Below, in pieces: positions 31,205 to 41,668 of a stretch of DNA of 64,000 nt. The notes beneath the pieces were generated by a model, which worked only from the letters and a program-made list of their open reading frames with translations, was not told where the DNA came from and did no database searches. A program made the position numbers and the translations under genes. Origin of the DNA: Oceanispirochaeta sp. (lineage in GTDB: Bacteria > Spirochaetota > Spirochaetia > DSM-2461); NCBI GenBank assembly GCA_963666275.2, contig CAXXOA010000001.1, forward strand, positions 2,112,001-2,176,000, in the 5' to 3' direction. Numbering within the stretch: the first letter of the stretch is position 1; each line of letters begins with the position of its first letter.

Positions 31205-32242
31205 ATGAAAGCAGCAATACTGGGAACCACCGGCTATACCGGACAGATCCTTCTCAGACAACTGAGTCAGCATAAAGATATTGATGAACTGATCCCTGTA
31301 TCCTCCTCACGGGCCGGAGAGCCTGTCATGAATGAAGATGCGGGACTGCACCCTTCCATAACGGAAAAAATATCCTCCAGCGGAGGAAAACTCATAGATG
31401 TGGAAACCGCCGCAGGGATGAAACCCGATGTGGTATTTGCGGCCCTTCCCCATCTGGCTTCTGCGGAATTCTGTTCTCCCTTTTTCGGACAGTCCGTGGT
31501 CATAGATCTGTCCGCGGACTTCAGAATCAGTGATCCTGCACTTTTTGAAAAAGCCTACGGAGAAAAACCGCCCAGAGCTGATCTTCTGGATAAAGCCGTT
31601 TACGGACTGAGCGAATGGTATACCGAAAAGATCAGAAAGGCTGATATCATAGCCAATCCGGGCTGCTACCCCACAGCATCTCTGCTTCCTCTCCTTCCCC
31701 TGGCTGAAAAGGGTCTGCTCAAATCCGATCCTGTGATCGCCGCCATGTCGGGAATTTCCGGGGCAGGCAGAAAGGCCAGAATAGGCAACCTGCTTGTGGA
31801 AAGATCTGAAAACATCTGTGCCTATGCCCCCGGGACAAGCCACAGACACTCCTGGGAGATCTGGCAGGAACTTCACGGGGCCGATGAAAATCTGAACCTT
31901 GTATTCACTCCCCATCTTGTTCCCATGAAACGGGGTATGGCCATTACCACCACTGTTAAAGTGGACAGTTCTGTCAATGCGGAGACGCTCAAGGGCATAT
32001 ACAGCAGTTCCTACGGAGACTCTCCCTTTGTAAAGATAGCCTATCCGGCGATTCCCGAAACCAAGCATGTCTGGGGTTCCAACCGCTGTGACATCAGCTG
32101 GCATCAGGAGGGAGACACACTGATCCTCTTTTCCGTGATTGACAATCTGATCAAAGGCGCGTCCGGTCAGGCCATACAGAATATGAATATAAGATTCGGA
32201 CTGAACGAAACGGAAGGTCTGAATCTTCACGGTGAAATCTGA
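31205..32242 (+). CDS. argC: N-acetyl-gamma-glutamyl-phosphate reductase
   Basis: GTTGYTG, DLSADFR, ANPGCYPT, SGISGAG, DNLIKGASGQA. Confidence 0.97.
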   Translation: MKAAILGTTGYTGQILLRQLSQHKDIDELIPVSSSRAGEPVMNEDAGLHPSITEKISSSGGKLIDVETAAGMKPDVVFAALPHLASAEFCSPFFGQSVVIDLSADFRISDPALFEKAYGEKPPRADLLDKAVYGLSEWYTEKIRKADIIANPGCYPTASLLPLLPLAEKGLLKSDPVIAAMSGISGAGRKARIGNLLVERSENICAYAPGTSHRHSWEIWQELHGADENLNLVFTPHLVPMKRGMAITTTVKVDSSVNAETLKGIYSSSYGDSPFVKIAYPAIPETKHVWGSNRCDISWHQEGDTLILFSVIDNLIKGASGQAIQNMNIRFGLNETEGLNLHGEI

Positions 32243-33021
32243 TGAAAACTGTGGTTTGTAAAATCGGCGGCAAACCCGCCGAATCCATGGATATGATCGC
32301 GGCTCTGGCCCGGGAGATAAAAAAACTGCAGAGCCGGGAGGATTTCCGGTTTATCCTCGTCCACGGCGGAGGCACCACTGTTTCGGCCATTCAGAAGCAG
32401 TACGGCATTGAACCTGTCTTTATCGACGGCAAAAGGAAAACCTCAGCGGGAGAAATGGATCTGGTGGATATGGGTCTGGCTGGAAAGATGAACAAATCCC
32501 TGGTGCGGATTTTTCACAGGGAAGGCCTCAATGCGGTAGGCCTGTCCGGCTGTGACGGAGGCATCTTCCTTTCGGAAGATGCCCGGGGAGAAGGTGACCA
32601 GGAAAACAGAACGGGAAAAATATCCCATGTCGACACAAGACTGGTGGAACTGCTCATGGAAAAAACCTTTTTTCCCCTTGTGAACTCGGTCAGTACAGAC
32701 TCTCAGGGAAGAGGCATGAACATCAATGCCGATGAAGCGGCTCTGGCCATTGCCGAAGCCCTGAAAGCGGACTCCCTGATTTTCCTCTCGGATATTCCGG
32801 GGATCCTCATCCATAACGATGTCCGTGAAACCATGAATGAAGCGGAAATTGAGAAGTACATAGCAGAGGGAGATATTCAGGGAGGTATGATTCCTAAAGT
32901 CAGAACATCCCTGGCAGCATTACGAGGCGGCGTCCGTCAGATTCAGATTACAAACTACCAGAAGGAAGGAGATCTGAAACTGATTGTACACGGACAGAAA
33001 GGGACAAAAATCCTTCTTTAA
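32242..33021 (+). CDS. argB: Acetylglutamate kinase
   Basis: KIGG, VHGGG, NINAD, GGMIPKV. Confidence 0.95.
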   Translation: MKTVVCKIGGKPAESMDMIAALAREIKKLQSREDFRFILVHGGGTTVSAIQKQYGIEPVFIDGKRKTSAGEMDLVDMGLAGKMNKSLVRIFHREGLNAVGLSGCDGGIFLSEDARGEGDQENRTGKISHVDTRLVELLMEKTFFPLVNSVSTDSQGRGMNINADEAALAIAEALKADSLIFLSDIPGILIHNDVRETMNEAEIEKYIAEGDIQGGMIPKVRTSLAALRGGVRQIQITNYQKEGDLKLIVHGQKGTKILL

Positions 33022-33048
33022 ACTGTAAGAATTCAGGAGCAGAACATA

Positions 33049-34269
33049 ATGAAAACAGATGAGAATTCAGCCATTATACATAAACCGCCATTCCCGAAGA
33101 ATTATGCGGAGTCTTTCCTTCAGATCGAAAGCGGTCAGGGGGTATATCTGAAAGACAGTGCCGGAAATACCTATCTGGATTTCGGATCGGGCATTTCGGT
33201 GAATGCACTGGGATACGGAAGAGAGGATCTGGCGGAAATCGCCTCGGATCAGATGAAAAAGCTCATCCACATATCCAATCTCTATACCACTGCCCCGGCC
33301 GTGTCTCTGGCGCAGAAACTGACCGCAGCTGGTAATTTTGCTGCCGTCCATTTCGGTAACAGCGGAGCAGAGGCCAATGAGGCCGCTTTGAAATACGCCA
33401 GGCTCTATGCTCTGGAGAAGAAAGGAGCAGGTCATCACAAGTACCTCTCCTTTTCCAGCGGATTTCATGGCAGAACCATGGGATCCCTGAGTGTGACAGC
33501 CACGGAAAAGTATAAAAAGCCCTTCGGTCCCCTGATTCCGGGCTGTGACGTGATCGATTTCAACAGCGTTGAACAGCTGGAGAACCTTGAAAATCCCCGG
33601 GAATACGCCGCTGTGATTGTGGAAGTGGTTCAGGGAGAGGGCGGACTGGTCTCTCTCAGTGCAGAGATGACCCGGAGCCTCAATGATTTCTGCAGCCGCA
33701 ATGATGTGATCCTTATAGCTGATGAAATTCAGACGGGTGTTGGAAGAACCGGAGATATTTTCGCGTCAAAAGCCATTGGACTTGAAGCGGATATCATCAC
33801 CCTGTCCAAACCCCTGGCTGCGGGGCTCCCCCTTTCAGCGACGCTGATCCCCGCCAGGATCAACAATCTTCTCAAGCCGGGAGATCACGGAACCACCTTC
33901 GGGGGCGGACCTGTAACGACTGCGGTGGCCCTTAAAACCTGGGAGATCCTGACTGACCCTGATTTTCTTACTCAGGTCAGACAGAAAGGGGATTTTCTGA
34001 AATCCGCTCTGGAAGAGGGGTTAAAAAAGGCCGGCCTTAAGGGAGAAGTCAGGGGAAAGGGTCTTCTCTGCGGCCTTGTGACCGATGCGGTTCCGGCGGA
34101 GAAAATTCCGGCTTTACTGAAGGGGTGCCAGGAAAAGGGACTTCTTCTTTTAAGATCGGGAGCCAATGTCCTGAGGATGGCGCCCCCGCTTATTATCAGT
34201 GAAAAAGAACTCCGGGACGGAGTAAATATAATTTTTAAGACAATCGAGGAGATTAGCAATGAAGGATAA
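33049..34269 (+). CDS. argD: Acetylornithine aminotransferase
   Basis: NSGAEANE, FHGRT, DEIQTGVGRTG, HGTTFGG; operon context. Confidence 0.93.
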   Translation: MKTDENSAIIHKPPFPKNYAESFLQIESGQGVYLKDSAGNTYLDFGSGISVNALGYGREDLAEIASDQMKKLIHISNLYTTAPAVSLAQKLTAAGNFAAVHFGNSGAEANEAALKYARLYALEKKGAGHHKYLSFSSGFHGRTMGSLSVTATEKYKKPFGPLIPGCDVIDFNSVEQLENLENPREYAAVIVEVVQGEGGLVSLSAEMTRSLNDFCSRNDVILIADEIQTGVGRTGDIFASKAIGLEADIITLSKPLAAGLPLSATLIPARINNLLKPGDHGTTFGGGPVTTAVALKTWEILTDPDFLTQVRQKGDFLKSALEEGLKKAGLKGEVRGKGLLCGLVTDAVPAEKIPALLKGCQEKGLLLLRSGANVLRMAPPLIISEKELRDGVNIIFKTIEEISNEG

Positions 34270-35533
34270 TTCGATTAAGAAAATAGCTCTGGCCTACTCC
34301 GGAGGACTGGATACGTCCATTATCATCCCCTGGCTGAAAGAGAACTATAACAATGCGGAAATCATCGCCATCTGTACCAATGTGGGACAGGACGAAGACT
34401 GGGACAATATGGAACAGAAAGCCCTCAATGCGGGTGCGTCCAAATACTTCCTGGCGGATCTGCGGGAAGAACTGACGACAGACTATATCTTCCCCATGGT
34501 AAGAGCCGGTGCGATCTATGAAGGACAGTACCTTCTGGGAACATCCATTGCCAGACCCATCCAGGCAAAATACCAGGTAGAGATAGCCCTGCAGGAAGGC
34601 TGTGATGCCCTGTGCCACGGCTGTACCGGCAAGGGAAACGACCAGGTGCGGTTTGAATTGACCTACAAAGCCCTGGCTCCCCAGCTGAAAGTGATTGCTC
34701 CCTGGAGACTCTGGGATATCAGTTCCCGGGAAGATGCCATTGAATATGCCCAGAACCACGGCATCGATCTGGGAAATATCTCCAAAAAGAATATCTACTC
34801 CAGAGACTGGAATATCTGGCACATGAGCCATGAGGGCGGTGACCTGGAAGATCCCTGGAACAGACCCATGGATGAAATGTTCCAGCTGACTGTCTCTCCC
34901 AAGGATGCCCCCGATGAAGAGACTGAAGTTGTCATCGACTTTGAACAGGGTATTCCCGTTGGAATCAACGGAAAGAAACTGCCCGGTTACGAACTCCTCC
35001 AGGAACTGAATAAAGTTGCCGCAGCCAATGGCGTGGGACGGGTGGACATTGTCGAAACCAGACTGGTGGGAATGAAAAGCCGGGGTGTTTACGAAACACC
35101 TGCGGGAACCCTTCTCCACATGGCTCTGAGAGACCTGGAGATGTTCACCATCAACAACGATGCTCTCCATCTGAAACAGAAACTGGCCATCGACTATTCC
35201 GACCTGGTTTATTCAGGAAAATGGTATACCACCGCCCGGAATTCCCTGGAAGCCTTTATGAAAAAGACTACCGAGTACACAACCGGTTCTGTCAAACTGG
35301 TTCTCTATAAGGGAAATGCTTTTGTGGCGGGAAGGAAATCTCCCTATGCCCTTTATGTGGAAGAGATTGCCTCTTTTGGAAAATCCAGCTACAAACACAG
35401 CGATGCAGAGGGATTTATCAGACTCTACGGCCTTTCAACTGGTGTAACAGCCATGGTTCAGAAGGATCTGAAAGACGACTCCGGTCAGGCAGTCCAGATC
35501 AAGGGAACCGCTGCTTCCTATCATGACAAATAA
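34259..35533 (+). CDS. argG: Argininosuccinate synthase
   Basis: AYSGGLDTS, HGCTGKGNDQVRF, KSRGVYETP. Confidence 0.98.
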   Translation: MKDNSIKKIALAYSGGLDTSIIIPWLKENYNNAEIIAICTNVGQDEDWDNMEQKALNAGASKYFLADLREELTTDYIFPMVRAGAIYEGQYLLGTSIARPIQAKYQVEIALQEGCDALCHGCTGKGNDQVRFELTYKALAPQLKVIAPWRLWDISSREDAIEYAQNHGIDLGNISKKNIYSRDWNIWHMSHEGGDLEDPWNRPMDEMFQLTVSPKDAPDEETEVVIDFEQGIPVGINGKKLPGYELLQELNKVAAANGVGRVDIVETRLVGMKSRGVYETPAGTLLHMALRDLEMFTINNDALHLKQKLAIDYSDLVYSGKWYTTARNSLEAFMKKTTEYTTGSVKLVLYKGNAFVAGRKSPYALYVEEIASFGKSSYKHSDAEGFIRLYGLSTGVTAMVQKDLKDDSGQAVQIKGTAASYHDK

Positions 35534-35556
35534 GCTTTAACTGAACTTTGATTTTC

Positions 35557-35588
35557 AAAAGCCTGCTCCTTCCGAGCAGGCTTTTTTT
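35557..35588 (+). terminator. Intrinsic terminator of the arg operon
   Basis: aaaagcctgctc / gagcaggctttttttt. Confidence 0.85.
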
Positions 35589-35670
35589 CTCTCCTCACGC
35601 CCTGTACGGGGGATTGCATTCCAACCGCTTACAGCCTAATATTATAGTCACAAAATAACGGAGGAATTTC

Positions 35671-37245
35671 ATGTCCCTTAATTATAACAATCTTGATAAG
35701 TCAGCTGCTTTTGCAGAACTGCGTAAAAGTAAACAGGTTTCTTTAAAAGAGGCTCTGACAGCTCAGAGAGTGTCGGATTACTCAATCCCCGCTGCGGGAG
35801 GGCTTAGCTACAACTATGCAGCCAAAAAAGTGGATGAATCCATACTGGACCTGCTGCAGAAGCTCGCGGATGAGCAGCAGCTGACAGACAAATACAAAGC
35901 CCTCCTGAACGGAGAGATCATCAATACCGGTGAGCAGCGGATGGTTCTCCATCAGCTGACCCGGGGACAGCAGGGAGAAGATGTCTTCCTGGGAGATAAA
36001 AACCAGAGGGACTTCTACAAAAGCCAGCTTGCCAGGATCAGGACCTTTGCCGAAGCCGTTCACAAAGAAGAGATCAAAGGATCCACCGGCAAACCCTTCG
36101 ACACGGTTGTGCAGATCGGTATCGGCGGCTCAGATCTGGGACCGAGAGCCCTCTACATAGCACTGGAAAATAGGACCGCCCCCCTTATGAAAGCCCGGTT
36201 CATCTCCAATGTGGATCCAGATGATCCCAATGCGGTTCTAGCTGATCTGGATCTGGAAACATCCCTGTTTATCCTGGTCTCCAAAAGCGGTACGACCCAG
36301 GAAACCTTGGCCAACCGGAATTTCATAATTGAGAAATCCAAACAGGCGGGAATCCCCGGCCTCAATCCCTCTGCCCATATGATCGCCGTCACAAGCGAGA
36401 CAAGTCCTCTGGCAGGCTCTTCAGATGTTCTGGACTCATTCTATATGGACGATTTCATCGGAGGCCGCTACTCTTCCACCAGCGCTGTGGGCGGTGCGGT
36501 CCTTTCACTGGCCTTCGGACCCGATGTTTTCGACCAGATCCTGGAGGGAGCCGCTGAGGCGGACAAATCAGCTCTGGAGCCGGATATCAGAAAAAATGCC
36601 TCTCTGATGGATGCTCTGATCGGTGTGTACGAACGCAACATTCTGGGCTATCCCACCACAGCGGTCCTCCCCTACAGCCAGGCCCTTTCCCGTTTTCCCG
36701 CTCATCTGCAGCAGATGGATATGGAGAGCAATGGCAAGTCTGTAAACCGGAGGGGAGAACCCATGTCCTACTCGACAGGACCGATCATCTTCGGAGAACC
36801 TGGAACCAACGGACAGCACTCTTTCTATCAGCTCCTCCATCAGGGAACCGATACGATTCCTCTGCAGTTCGTAGGCTTCCACAAGGCTCAGATCAACTCG
36901 GACCTGGAATACGAAGGTTCCACAAGTCAGCAGAAACTGAAAGCCAACCTGGCGGCGCAGATCGTGGCATTTGCCGGAGGAAAAGAAGACAGCAATCCCA
37001 ATAAGAATTTCAGCGGGGAACGGCCCTCTTCCGTGATTGTGGGAGAGCAGCTGACACCGAAAGCCCTGGGAGCGCTTCTGGCCCATTTTGAAAATAAAGT
37101 TATGTTTCAGGGATTTACCTGGAATGTGAACTCCTTTGACCAGGAGGGGGTACAGCTGGGTAAGGTTCTGGCCGGAAAAGTTCTGGCCGGTGGAGAGGAC
37201 ATGGATCCTGTTCTGAAGGCTTATTCGGAAATGCTCTCAATCTGA
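35671..37245 (+). CDS. pgi: Glucose-6-phosphate isomerase
   Basis: GIGGSDLG, SKSGTTQET, GGRYS, MESNGK, QHSFYQLLHQG, FDQEGVQLGK. Confidence 0.98.
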   Translation: MSLNYNNLDKSAAFAELRKSKQVSLKEALTAQRVSDYSIPAAGGLSYNYAAKKVDESILDLLQKLADEQQLTDKYKALLNGEIINTGEQRMVLHQLTRGQQGEDVFLGDKNQRDFYKSQLARIRTFAEAVHKEEIKGSTGKPFDTVVQIGIGGSDLGPRALYIALENRTAPLMKARFISNVDPDDPNAVLADLDLETSLFILVSKSGTTQETLANRNFIIEKSKQAGIPGLNPSAHMIAVTSETSPLAGSSDVLDSFYMDDFIGGRYSSTSAVGGAVLSLAFGPDVFDQILEGAAEADKSALEPDIRKNASLMDALIGVYERNILGYPTTAVLPYSQALSRFPAHLQQMDMESNGKSVNRRGEPMSYSTGPIIFGEPGTNGQHSFYQLLHQGTDTIPLQFVGFHKAQINSDLEYEGSTSQQKLKANLAAQIVAFAGGKEDSNPNKNFSGERPSSVIVGEQLTPKALGALLAHFENKVMFQGFTWNVNSFDQEGVQLGKVLAGKVLAGGEDMDPVLKAYSEMLSI

Positions 37246-37271
37246 GAAATCGAATCTTTACAAAACCCATG

Positions 37272-37321
37272 GAAGTGGAGTATATAAGCTAAGGTTTATA
37301 CTCCACTTCATGATTTTTTTT
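37272..37321 (+). terminator. Hairpin/terminator after pgi
   Basis: gaagtggagtata / tatactccacttc followed by a T-tract. Confidence 0.65.
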
Positions 37322-37373
37322 GACATCTTTGCTTCCCATGGATTCTGAAGAGGATAGGATTTAAGGATGTCAA

Positions 37374-38723
37374 ATGAAAAAATATTTAAAAAAACGGCCA
37401 GTTCATCTGATACTGGGTCTTCTCTGTTTCCTGCCTTTTTCTCTGTTTTCACAGGAAATCTCACAGAATATACTCGTGATTCACTCCTATCATCAGGGGC
37501 TGGAGTGGACAGATGATGTATCCCTTGGTATTCGGGATGTACTGACTGAATACTCAGACAACATTGAGATCTATTACGAATATCTGGATACCAAACGGAA
37601 CCCGGGAGAAGAGTATTTTCAGAAAATTTCCCGGTTTGAACAGGAAAAGACTCAGCTGGCGGAACTTCAGTTTGAAGCGATCATTGTTTCCGACAACAAC
37701 GCGCTTCGTTTTATGATGGAAACCGGTGCAGATCTGTACCGGGATGTGCCTGTTATCTTCTGCGGAGTGAACAACTTTTCCCCTTCCATGCTGGAGGGTC
37801 GGGAGAACTTTACAGGGATTGCCGAAACCGTCGATTATGAATCAACCCTCTCGGTCATGAAAAACCTGCATCCCCTGGCGGAGAAGGTTCTTCTGGTTCT
37901 GGACCGCACACCTACAGGAGAGGCGATCAATGCGGAACTCAGGCCGATTCTGGAGAGATTTTCCGATACCTTTGAGTTTGAATACTATCGGGATTTTTCA
38001 AAAGGCGATATCGCTGAGAAAATCCGCACCCTGGAAGATGATACTCTGATCTATCTCCTGGCATACAATCAGGACAGCTCCCAGGTCTTCATCTCCTATT
38101 CTGACCTGATCCGGCTCTTCCATCAGAACTCCCCCGTGCCCATTTACAGTTCATGGGATTTCTATTTCGGCAGAGGCATTGCCGGAGGAATGATCACTTC
38201 GGCTTACAAGCAGGGAAATCTGGCCGGAGACATGGCAGTCAGGATTCTGGAAGGGACTCCCGTCAGCCGGATGCCCGTACAGTATGAGAATACCAATCAG
38301 TATATGTTTGACTATAATGAACTGCACCGCTTCGGCATATCTGTCCGGAATCTGCCGGAGGATGCTCTCCTTGTGAATCATCCGGAATCTACATTCTGGG
38401 AGAATCACTGGATCTTCATGCTCTCCCTGCTTCTGGTTCTTCTTATTTCCCTTGTTCTTCTTGCTGTCTTTTTCCTGAAACAGAAGAAGGAGAAAATGCA
38501 GATTCAAACGGAACTGGAAACCCTGGGAGAACTGATTCCCATCTGTTCCCACTGTAAAAAGATCCGGGATGATTCAGGCTACTGGGACCATATTGAATCA
38601 TTCCTGAGAAGCCGGGTCAATTTCACCTTCAGTCACGGCCTCTGCCCCGGCTGTATCAAAGAGCTGTATCCCGATATCAGCGAAACAGTGCTCTCAAAAC
38701 AGGAAAAGGAAAGAAAACATTAA
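37374..38723 (+). CDS. Periplasmic ABC-substrate-binding-like sensor with TM and C-terminal Cys/His zinc-ribbon domain
   Basis: ILVIHSYHQG..WTD, EYLDTKR, PVIFCGVN sensor domain; TM; IPICSHCKKIRDDSGYW...FSHGLCPGC. Confidence 0.85.
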   Translation: MKKYLKKRPVHLILGLLCFLPFSLFSQEISQNILVIHSYHQGLEWTDDVSLGIRDVLTEYSDNIEIYYEYLDTKRNPGEEYFQKISRFEQEKTQLAELQFEAIIVSDNNALRFMMETGADLYRDVPVIFCGVNNFSPSMLEGRENFTGIAETVDYESTLSVMKNLHPLAEKVLLVLDRTPTGEAINAELRPILERFSDTFEFEYYRDFSKGDIAEKIRTLEDDTLIYLLAYNQDSSQVFISYSDLIRLFHQNSPVPIYSSWDFYFGRGIAGGMITSAYKQGNLAGDMAVRILEGTPVSRMPVQYENTNQYMFDYNELHRFGISVRNLPEDALLVNHPESTFWENHWIFMLSLLLVLLISLVLLAVFFLKQKKEKMQIQTELETLGELIPICSHCKKIRDDSGYWDHIESFLRSRVNFTFSHGLCPGCIKELYPDISETVLSKQEKERKH

Positions 38724-39493
38724 TCCTTCCAGGGGAAAATGGTTCCTTTGAGGGACCTTTTCCCCACCTTCTCCTTCTCATCCAGAAGCAGAGCTCCCCA
38801 GGGGATCTTTTTTCGGTCGGCTTCAGGATTTTCCTCAAGATAGTCATACTTCAGCATCAGAAGCTTCATAGCACTTTCCAGAAGGACAAGGATCCCTCCG
38901 ATTCCCGGAATGATAAGAGCCAGTACGACGGATAGTCCCGCATTGAAAATCACTCCCACCAGGAGAAAAAAGGCGGTCCCCGTATTATCAAAAAAGAGAA
39001 TAAAGCATTTGCGGATGATCCTGGGAAGCGTCCTGTCCAGGGTATTCATCACAGGAAAAAAGAAGAGAGCCACATTTGTTCCTATCAGGGTTACCCAGAA
39101 GAGAAAAGCCACTCCGAGAAGCCCCATCAGGTTATTCAGCTGCCCGTAAAAGAGAAACCCCGTGTAGCAGACAAAAGTGAAAAGGAGCGAAGCAGCCCCC
39201 AGAACAAGACTGGGCAGGGCATTCTGCCGGATGTATGTAAAAAGGTCCTTTATTTCGGGACTGTCATAATAAACAATATCCTTTACAAACCGGGATGCTC
39301 CACCGGCGAAAACAAATATGAGCAGAACCCCGGCAATAAGACTCAATACACTGAGAACGGGAACCGCGGCCAACCACTGGGGGGCAAAAACAGGTATCAC
39401 AGACAGAAGAATCATTATCAGATTCAGCAGCATCACCCGCCCCATATTGTCCCAGGTATCCCAGAATGCTTTTTTAAGCAGAAAACCAATCAA
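38720..39493 (-). CDS. Integral membrane protein (YesL/DUF624-like)
   Basis: About 6 TM helices; TTG start with AAGGAG RBS. Confidence 0.7.
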   Translation of the reverse strand: MIGFLLKKAFWDTWDNMGRVMLLNLIMILLSVIPVFAPQWLAAVPVLSVLSLIAGVLLIFVFAGGASRFVKDIVYYDSPEIKDLFTYIRQNALPSLVLGAASLLFTFVCYTGFLFYGQLNNLMGLLGVAFLFWVTLIGTNVALFFFPVMNTLDRTLPRIIRKCFILFFDNTGTAFFLLVGVIFNAGLSVVLALIIPGIGGILVLLESAMKLLMLKYDYLEENPEADRKKIPWGALLLDEKEKVGKRSLKGTIFPWKD

Positions 39494-39524
39494 AGTAAAA
39501 CTCCTTATTCTCTCTGTTCATCTA

Positions 39525-41648
39525 TCAGAGCCCTTTCATGGAAAGGGCAATTCTCTTCCTTTTCAGATCAACAGAAATGACCCTTGCCTGGACTTTCTGA
39601 CCGACCTTTACAACTTCTGAAGGATCCTTCACAAACCGGTCCGCCAGTTCGGAAATATGAACCAGTCCGTCCTGATGGACTCCGATGTCTACAAAGGCGC
39701 CGAAAGCGGTCACATTGGTAACGATTCCGGGCAGGACCATCTCCTCTTCCAGATCTTCAGGATGTTCCACACCCTGGGCAAACTCAAAAACAGCAAAAGA
39801 CTCCCGGGGATCCCGCCCGGGCTGTTTCAGTTCATTCAGAATATCCTGAATAGTCTCTCGTCCGCAGTCTTCGTTCAGATACTTCTGAATATCAATCCCA
39901 CGGAGGGAATCGGGATGGCTTGTCAGTTCAGCGACTTTCAGACCCAGATCTCTGGCCATCTGCCCTACCAGCGCATACCGTTCAGGATGAATTCCCGTGT
40001 TATCCAGGGGATCCTTTCCTTCCCGGATCCGTAGAAAACCCGAAGCCTGCTCAAAGGCTTTCTTCCCTATCCCCGGGACTTTCAGCAGTTCCTTCCGACT
40101 CTGAAAGGGGCCGTTTTCCTCCCGGTAGGCGACAATGGCACCGGCTGTTTTTCTGTTCAGCCCCGAAACATAGGCCAGAAGTCTGGAACTGGCGGTGTTC
40201 AGCTCCACACCGACGGCATTCACACAGTTGACCACCACCGAATCCAGGGCGTCCTTGAGGGACTTCTGATCCACATCGTGCTGATACTGCCCCACTCCGA
40301 TGGCGCAGGGATCTATTTTAACGAGTTCCGCCAGAGGATCCATCAGACGCCGACCTATGGAGACCGCTCCCCTGACAGTGACATCATGATGGGGAAACTC
40401 CTCCCTGGCTGCTTCGGAAGCGGAGTAGACAGAAGCCCCGCTCTCGTTAACCATCACCACAGGGATGTTCTGCAGGCAGGAGAGGTTCCGGCAGAATCCC
40501 ATAATTTCCCGGCCTCCCGTCCCGTTGCCTGTCGCCACAGCCTGAATACTGTACTTTCTGACAAGAGCGGCGATCTTCTCTTCGGCCTCTCTGGTTTTCT
40601 TATGAGGTTCCAGAGGATAGATCACATCATGATGAAGCAGGTCGCCCTGGGCATTGAGACAGACGATTTTGCATCCCGTCCGGAGACCCGGATCAACCGC
40701 CAGCACCGACTTCTGCCCCAGAGGAGCATCCATAAGCAGTTCTTTCAGATTTTCAGAAAATATTCTTATCGCCTCAAGGTCGGCTTTTTCTTTCAGTGTA
40801 TTTCTGGATTCAGTTTCAAGAGAGGGGGCAAGGAGACGTTTATACGCGTCAGAGCGGGCCTCTTCCAGAAGGGCTTCCCATCGGCCGCCCCGCAGAGGAC
40901 TGTCCCTCTCCAGACGGCGGAGGGCTTCTTCATCGGAAGGTTTGATTTTTACCTTCAGGACCCCTTCTTTCATTCCCCTGTACATTGCCAGAATTCGATG
41001 GGAAGGGATGCGTTCTACACTCTCATCCCATTCAAAATAATCGCTGTATTTCTGTCCTTCCTCTTTCTTCCCTTTCACAAGGCTGGACTGAAACCGGGCT
41101 TTTTCCCGGAAGAGCTGCCTGAGCTTTTCCCTCACCGCAGTGGTTTCATTGATTTCTTCCGCCAGGATATCCCTTACACCCTGAAGGGCTTCCTCCCAGC
41201 TTTCGGCCTGATCTTTCCCGCCGTACCACTCTTTCTGATTCAGTTTCTCCGGGGGAGTATTGTTCCGGATCAGATCCGCAAGGGGCTGCAGGCCTTTTTC
41301 CCGGGCGGCCATACCGCGTGTTTTCTTTTTAGGCTTATAGGGAAGATACAGGTCCTCCAGAGCAACGGGATCCTGAATGGAGAGTATCCTTGCTTTCAGC
41401 TCTTCTGTAAGCTGTCCCTGGGACTCTATGGTTTTGAGGATAGTGGCTTTTCTCTTTTCCAGTTCCTCTATCTTTTCCGCTCTGGTCAGAACACTCTGGA
41501 TCTGGACTTCATCCAGATTCCCTGTTCTTTCTTTTCTATACCTGGCCATAAAAGGAACTGTGGCTCCCTCAGAGACCATGGTCAGGATCTCCCTGACCGC
41601 TTTCGTATTCAGTTTCAGTTCACTGGCTATTTGTTCTGCTAATGTCAT
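39525..41648 (-). CDS. tex: Tex family RNA-binding transcriptional accessory protein
   Basis: TVPFMARYRKE, DPGLRTGCK, ESGASVYS, IGVGQYQHD, C-terminal S1 domain. Confidence 0.97.
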   Translation of the reverse strand: MTLAEQIASELKLNTKAVREILTMVSEGATVPFMARYRKERTGNLDEVQIQSVLTRAEKIEELEKRKATILKTIESQGQLTEELKARILSIQDPVALEDLYLPYKPKKKTRGMAAREKGLQPLADLIRNNTPPEKLNQKEWYGGKDQAESWEEALQGVRDILAEEINETTAVREKLRQLFREKARFQSSLVKGKKEEGQKYSDYFEWDESVERIPSHRILAMYRGMKEGVLKVKIKPSDEEALRRLERDSPLRGGRWEALLEEARSDAYKRLLAPSLETESRNTLKEKADLEAIRIFSENLKELLMDAPLGQKSVLAVDPGLRTGCKIVCLNAQGDLLHHDVIYPLEPHKKTREAEEKIAALVRKYSIQAVATGNGTGGREIMGFCRNLSCLQNIPVVMVNESGASVYSASEAAREEFPHHDVTVRGAVSIGRRLMDPLAELVKIDPCAIGVGQYQHDVDQKSLKDALDSVVVNCVNAVGVELNTASSRLLAYVSGLNRKTAGAIVAYREENGPFQSRKELLKVPGIGKKAFEQASGFLRIREGKDPLDNTGIHPERYALVGQMARDLGLKVAELTSHPDSLRGIDIQKYLNEDCGRETIQDILNELKQPGRDPRESFAVFEFAQGVEHPEDLEEEMVLPGIVTNVTAFGAFVDIGVHQDGLVHISELADRFVKDPSEVVKVGQKVQARVISVDLKRKRIALSMKGL

Positions 41649-41668
41649 AACTGGCGATTATATCAGGA

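Noticed and set aside
40278..41642. 454-aa ORF antisense to tex (also long antisense ORFs at 8513, 14053, 15001, 31307, 34253, 53491, 60395, 61367)
   Set aside because: Shadow frames of well-conserved genes; no RBS or recognisable motifs
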